From Patescibacteria group bacterium (GTDB taxonomy: Bacteria; Patescibacteriota; Microgenomatia; Levybacterales; UBA12049): DNA of 64,000 bases. Positions 59,151-64,000 of the stretch are shown in pieces. A program made the position numbers and the translations under genes. Where the stretch lies: assembly GCA_023484045.1 (NCBI GenBank), contig JAMDAA010000022.1, positions 4,201 through 68,200 of the forward strand, written 5' to 3'. The notes beneath the pieces are model-generated. The model was not told the origin of the DNA. It was given only the letters and a program-made list of their open reading frames with translations, and did no database searches. How positions within the stretch are numbered: position 1 is the first letter of the stretch; the number at the start of each line of letters is the position of its first letter.

Positions 59151-60326
59151 ATGCTAATCTATAATTCATTATCAGACAAAAAAGAAACATTTAAACCATT
59201 ATCGAATAAAACGGTCAAAATCTATGTATGCGGAATAACCCCGTATGATACAACGCACCTCGGTCACGCATTTACTTACGTTTTTTTCGATACCTTAGTC
59301 CGTTATCTAAAATTTAAGGATTATAAAATTATTTATACCCAAAACGTTACGGATATCGACGACGATATTTTAAAAAAAGCAAAAGAAGTAAATCAGGACT
59401 GGAAACTTTTGGGAAAATATTGGACCGATAAATTTCTGAATAACTTAAAACAATTAAATATAGAGCTTCCGACTCACTACACTAAGGCTACTGACTCGAT
59501 TGATATAATGATTAAAATTATTTCTAAATTACTTTTAATAAAATTCGCGTATGAAAAAAGCGGCAACGTGTATTTTGATATCAGTAAAGTAAAAAAATAT
59601 GGATCACTTTCAAAATTCGGTGAGAAACAAATGATTTTAATCTCTAAAGAACGCGGTGGAAATCCTAACGATCCTTTGAAAAAAAATCCCCTCGATTTTT
59701 TGTTGTGGCAGAAAAGTGCTAAAAATGAACCATTTTGGAAAAGTCCGTGGTCTGATGGCCGACCCGGATGGCATATTGAATGCTCGGCGATGATAAATAA
59801 ATATTTAGGAAACAGAATCGATATTCACGGCGGAGGCAGGGATTTAATTTTTCCTCATCACGAAAGTGAAATCGCACAATCAGAGAGCTTTACGGGCAAA
59901 AAACCGTTTGTTAAATATTGGATGCACACGGCGATGCTTTTATATAAGCATGAGAAAATGTCAAAATCTTTAGGAAACTTAGTGATGATCGACGATTTAT
60001 TAAAAAAATATTCTGCGAATGAGATTCGATATGTTTTACTCTCGCACCATTACCGCGTCCCTTGGGAATACGACGAAACGATGTTCTCGAAGGCAAAACG
60101 ATCGTTGAATCTAATTAACAATGTATTAAAGGCTAAAAATAATAAATCAAAAAAGGATAAAGATTCACTTGAGCAGTTCTCAAAATATATGGATAATGAT
60201 TTTGATATACCAAAGGTTCTTTCTTTAATCCTGAACTTGTCAAAAGATAAAAGTAACTCGGCTTCGATCAAAAAAATAATGTCGATCCTCGGTTTCTCCT
60301 TGCAAGGCCTCCCCTTGCGAGGCTAA
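59151..60326 (+). CDS. MshC-like cysteine ligase / short CysRS paralog
   Basis: CGITPYDTTHLGHAFTY, QNVTDIDD, GRPGWHIECS, KMSKS; 391 aa without a full anticodon-binding domain. Confidence 0.8.
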   Translation: MLIYNSLSDKKETFKPLSNKTVKIYVCGITPYDTTHLGHAFTYVFFDTLVRYLKFKDYKIIYTQNVTDIDDDILKKAKEVNQDWKLLGKYWTDKFLNNLKQLNIELPTHYTKATDSIDIMIKIISKLLLIKFAYEKSGNVYFDISKVKKYGSLSKFGEKQMILISKERGGNPNDPLKKNPLDFLLWQKSAKNEPFWKSPWSDGRPGWHIECSAMINKYLGNRIDIHGGGRDLIFPHHESEIAQSESFTGKKPFVKYWMHTAMLLYKHEKMSKSLGNLVMIDDLLKKYSANEIRYVLLSHHYRVPWEYDETMFSKAKRSLNLINNVLKAKNNKSKKDKDSLEQFSKYMDNDFDIPKVLSLILNLSKDKSNSASIKKIMSILGFSLQGLPLRG

Positions 60327-60400
60327 ACAACGATACAACAAGTAGTATTTTTAATAAAAACCTTTTTAATTATTTCTCTAATATTGTAAAATGGAGATCT

Positions 60401-61561
60401 GTGAGAAAAATATTTTTTTGGATTATCATTTTTATCGTCACATCTATTTTTTATACAGTATGTTTAGTGCCAAAGGCGTTCGCCGTTCAAAACCCCCTAG
60501 GCGTGCCCAATAACAAGTTCGGAATTCATATTTTGTTCTCAGACGAAATAACCGACGCCGCGAAACTCGTAAACACAAACGGCGGCTTATACGGATACGT
60601 CGTGATCCCGATTCAATCCGGTGATAAAGATCTTTTAAAATGGCAAAAGTTTATGGACCGCGCAAGATCATTACAATTAATTCCGGTCATAAGGCTTGCG
60701 ACTGAGGGTGATTATTTTAATACCAGGGTTTGGCGAAAGCCGGTGCCGGCAGACATCGTCGATTTTGCCAATTTTTTAAATTCATTAAACTGGCCGACAA
60801 AAAACAGATACGTTGTTGTATATAACGAACCAAACCGGGGAGACGAATGGGGAGGAAAAACCGACCCTACGGAATACGCACAAATCCTAAGTTACGCGGT
60901 TACCATTTTTAAATCAAAAAGCCCGGATTTCTTTATAATCTCGGCCGGTATGGATAACGCTGCAGCGAACAAGGGTGAAATCTCTATGAATGCGTACGAT
61001 TTTTTTAAACGAATGAATGATGCTGTTCCCGGAATTTTTAACCAAATCGACGGATTCGCAAGTCATTCTTATCCGAACCCGGCTTTTTCCCAACCGCCGT
61101 CAAAACAGGATAAACAAAGTATCGCGTCGTTTAAGTTCGAAAAAGATTTTTTAAAATCCATGTCTAATAAGGATTTACCCGCATTTATTACGGAAACCGG
61201 CTGGTCAAAAGAAAATTTATCCGAAAGTAAAATTGCCGAGTATTATAAAACAGCGTATACGACGGTTTGGAACGACGATTCTTTAGTTTCTGTCGCACCG
61301 TTTCTTCTGCGCGCAGACACGATGCCTTTTTTGAATTTTTCGTTTCTCGATAAGGAAAATCCAAATTTGCTGTTCAAAACAATTGAATCGATGGCAAAAA
61401 CAAAAGGCGCTCCCCTTTTGGAAAAAGAAGTACTGGGAGAAAAAACAAAAGCGACCCAAAATATAAAATATAAAAGTTTTAATAACGCAGCGCCAAAACA
61501 ATTGGGATTGGCCGAAAAGGCGGCAAACGCAATCTTTGCGTGGCTTTTGAAATTAAACTGA
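60401..61561 (+). CDS. Secreted clan GH-A glycoside hydrolase
   Basis: Signal peptide, NEPN acid/base, SHSYP, ITETGW nucleophile. Confidence 0.75.
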   Translation: MRKIFFWIIIFIVTSIFYTVCLVPKAFAVQNPLGVPNNKFGIHILFSDEITDAAKLVNTNGGLYGYVVIPIQSGDKDLLKWQKFMDRARSLQLIPVIRLATEGDYFNTRVWRKPVPADIVDFANFLNSLNWPTKNRYVVVYNEPNRGDEWGGKTDPTEYAQILSYAVTIFKSKSPDFFIISAGMDNAAANKGEISMNAYDFFKRMNDAVPGIFNQIDGFASHSYPNPAFSQPPSKQDKQSIASFKFEKDFLKSMSNKDLPAFITETGWSKENLSESKIAEYYKTAYTTVWNDDSLVSVAPFLLRADTMPFLNFSFLDKENPNLLFKTIESMAKTKGAPLLEKEVLGEKTKATQNIKYKSFNNAAPKQLGLAEKAANAIFAWLLKLN

Positions 61562-61603
61562 CTAAGTGATAAAATTGGATGTCGAATTTATAACCCCGTA
61601 ATT

Positions 61604-62125
61604 ATGAAAAATCTTGATTTATCATGCGAAACGTTTATTAGTCTTTCACACGGTAAGCTTTCGATCGACGCTGTGATCAGCAAAATTAAATCGTTTCTGG
61701 AGGAAGATCCCAAAAGCGAATATAGTCTTGTGATCGGAACAGATTCATCAGAAAAGTTTGAAAATGGCGATAAAAAACGATCGGTGAATCTTATAACTGC
61801 TGTCGTAGTTCACCGCAAAGGATTCGGCGGAAAATATTTTTGGAAAAAGAAAAATATGCACAATATTCATAACTTAAGACAAAAAATCTACGCAGAAACG
61901 TTTGAATCTTTAGCGTTTGCCGGAAGTTTTGTCCCGGTGTTTAAAAAATCGCTCAACGGTCATTCACCGAATTATAAACTCGAGATACACGTGGATATCG
62001 GAGAGCACGGAGACACACGGACGATGATAAAAGAGATCGTCGGAATCGTTACCGGAAGCGGATTTGTCGCAAAAACAAAACCCGATTCCTACGGTGCGTC
62101 GTTTATTGCAGACAAACACACATAA
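61604..62125 (+). CDS. RNase H-like YkuK/DUF458 protein
   Basis: IGTDS, GGKYF, EIHVDIG, KP.SYGA..ADK. Confidence 0.85.
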   Translation: MKNLDLSCETFISLSHGKLSIDAVISKIKSFLEEDPKSEYSLVIGTDSSEKFENGDKKRSVNLITAVVVHRKGFGGKYFWKKKNMHNIHNLRQKIYAETFESLAFAGSFVPVFKKSLNGHSPNYKLEIHVDIGEHGDTRTMIKEIVGIVTGSGFVAKTKPDSYGASFIADKHT

Positions 62126-62126
62126 G

Positions 62127-62192
62127 AATTTCAAATGTCAAATTTCAAATCTCAAATATTAATAAAAGAGAAATAAAAGAGGTTCAACCTCT
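62127..62192. repeat. Degenerate heptamer repeat (AATNTCA)4 plus AGAGGTTCAACCTCT palindrome
   Basis: Read directly in the intergenic region. Confidence 0.7.
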
Positions 62193-62203
62193 AAAATTAA
62201 GAT

Positions 62204-62584
62204 ATGGATTGGGAAGAAGCAAAAGACGTTGAGCAAAAAATTAAACTAATCTTATATCATTTAGACATGCCTCACGTCGTTCAATCAAGAATTTTCTGCT
62301 ACAGAACTCACGGTTCCAAATCACGGGCCTATGCCCGAATCTGGACTTTTCCCAAAATTTTTCAACAAGCATTAAATATTGAGGCGTCTTACGTAATCGA
62401 AGTCCTGTCAAAATATTATGATAAATTAAACGAAAAAGATCAGCACAAGGTTTTAATTCACGAGCTTTTGCATATCCCCAAGAATTTTTCGGGCGCACTT
62501 TTACCCCACCGGAGCCGCGGAAGACATTTGGGAAAACAGGTAAACATATTATTCGAAGAATTTAAAAAGAAAATAGATTTATGA
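62204..62584 (+). CDS. Putative metallopeptidase
   Basis: HELLH zincin motif, AYARIW. Confidence 0.8.
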   Translation: MDWEEAKDVEQKIKLILYHLDMPHVVQSRIFCYRTHGSKSRAYARIWTFPKIFQQALNIEASYVIEVLSKYYDKLNEKDQHKVLIHELLHIPKNFSGALLPHRSRGRHLGKQVNILFEEFKKKIDL

Positions 62585-63270
62585 TAACGATTATTCACGG
62601 CGACGACACATCGACTTCCCGTAACTATTTTCTTTCCCAAAAGATAAATTTTAAAAATTCGATAAGTTTCTCCGGTGAAAAATTGACGCTAACAGAGTTA
62701 GTACAGGTTTTTGAAGGCGGAGAACTATTTTCGGATGATAAAAATGTTTTTATCGAAGAATTATTTTCTAAAAGAAAACCGAGTAAAGAATTAACTGATA
62801 TTTTAATTTATTTAAACAAAAATAAATCTGCAAATATTTTCTTTTGGGAAAACAAAATTCTTACCGCAAAGAGTTTGAGCTGGATAAAAAACGCTGTAGT
62901 GAAAGAATTTAAATTCCCAAAAACCATTTTTTTATTTTTAGATTCGATAAAACCCGGAAACGGAAAAAGATTAATTGAATTATTTCATGAAACGTTAAAA
63001 ACGACCGAAATCGAGATTATCGTTTTTATGATAATCAGACAACTACGATTATTGCTCGCACTACACGAAAAAAGTTCTACGAATATAGAAGAAGTGAACA
63101 AGCTCCAATCGTGGCAAAAAGGAAAGCTCGAAAAACAATCAAAATATTTTGATTTAGAATCCCTCAAAAAAATCTACAAAAGGCTTTTTGAAATCGACCT
63201 CGGAAACAAAACCGGAAATCTGAATATGCCGCTAATTCACGCGATTGACTTTTTTTTACTCGATTTGTAA
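62581..63270 (+). CDS. holA: DNA polymerase III delta subunit-like
   Basis: IIHGDD start, IFLFLD, IRQLR, IDLGNKTG. Confidence 0.7.
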   Translation: MITIIHGDDTSTSRNYFLSQKINFKNSISFSGEKLTLTELVQVFEGGELFSDDKNVFIEELFSKRKPSKELTDILIYLNKNKSANIFFWENKILTAKSLSWIKNAVVKEFKFPKTIFLFLDSIKPGNGKRLIELFHETLKTTEIEIIVFMIIRQLRLLLALHEKSSTNIEEVNKLQSWQKGKLEKQSKYFDLESLKKIYKRLFEIDLGNKTGNLNMPLIHAIDFFLLDL

Positions 63271-63279
63271 GATAATACA

Positions 63280-64000
63280 ATGAACATTAACTCTTCTATC
63301 TTTAAATCTTACGACGTCCGAGGCATCTACCCCACGGATTTCAACGAAGAAATCGCAGAAAAAATAACAAAAGCGTACATAAAGATTCTTACTCCTAAAA
63401 AGGTTGTTCTCGGTCATGACGTAAGAAAATCAGGAGAAAGTTTACACGCTTCGATAATGAATACGTTTGTCGAATCGGGCGTAGACGTTCTGGATATTGG
63501 ATTGGTTTCGACAGATATGTTTTATTTTGCTGTAGGAAAACTAGAGACAGACGGAGGTATAACTGTTTCGGCTTCCCACAACCCGGCAGAATACAACGGG
63601 ATGAATTTTTGTAAAAAAAATGCAGAACCTGTTTCTTCCGAAACCGGACTAAATAAAATAAAAGAGTTAATTTTGAACGACAATCTCGAGCTTCCGGCTT
63701 CCGCTAAAAAGGGCATTATAGAAAAAAGAGACATAATGGATGATTTTATAAAAAGCGTCGTGTCTTTTGTCGACATAAAGAATATAAAACCCGTGAAACT
63801 CGTCGCAAACGCAAATTTTGGCGTAGACGCAGTAATTTTAAAAAAGATTATTCAAATTTATAATCTTCCATTAGATGTCATTTATTTAAATGACATACCT
63901 GACGGGACATTTCCCAAAGGTCCACCAAACCCCTTACTTCCCGAAAATAGAAACGAATTTTTGGATCTTATAAAAAAAACAAAAGCAGACCTGGGGGTTT
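63280..64000 (+). CDS. Phosphomannomutase/phosphoglucomutase (runs off the window end)
   Basis: IFKSYDVRGIY, GHDVR, VSASHNP, PDGTFP. Confidence 0.92.
   Translation, partial: MNINSSIFKSYDVRGIYPTDFNEEIAEKITKAYIKILTPKKVVLGHDVRKSGESLHASIMNTFVESGVDVLDIGLVSTDMFYFAVGKLETDGGITVSASHNPAEYNGMNFCKKNAEPVSSETGLNKIKELILNDNLELPASAKKGIIEKRDIMDDFIKSVVSFVDIKNIKPVKLVANANFGVDAVILKKIIQIYNLPLDVIYLNDIPDGTFPKGPPNPLLPENRNEFLDLIKKTKADLGV

Overview
AT-rich bacterial chromosome segment. Gene content and order (rnhB, 4TM holin, yvcK, secG, SBP; uvrC, transglutaminase, uvrA, surA) and tRNA-Arg(TCG) suggest a Patescibacteria/CPR (Microgenomates-like) genome; this is inference. 1-24.3 kb is a copper/thiol-redox island: two P1B ATPases, CsoR, BlaI/BlaR1, two sensor kinases plus an OmpR regulator, three CcdA, two CxxxC thioredoxin-fold proteins, and visible operators. 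24-43.7 kb is mostly housekeeping, with a RAYT transposase whose REPs also sit inside coding genes, a dinB pseudogene and two tRNAs. 43.7-56.5 kb is a nested integration hotspot at tRNA-Lys(TTT): a RloA/RloB-like defence pair, a GIY-YIG cassette, and an 8.3-kb large-serine-recombinase element that carries a second, intact, inverted copy of its own attP. 56.5-64 kb holds tRNA-Glu with a second GIY-YIG cassette, an MshB/MshC-like pair and housekeeping genes. Most notable: (i) two independent ~350-bp integrase-less GIY-YIG cassettes with the same architecture inserted at the same T-loop position of two different tRNAs; (ii) the recombinase element with an internal inverted attP and a predicted pseudoknot RNA; (iii) several palindromic repeat families inserted in frame into proteins; (iv) a mycothiol-like ligase/deacetylase pair. 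All alignments were done by eye; no database searches were run.
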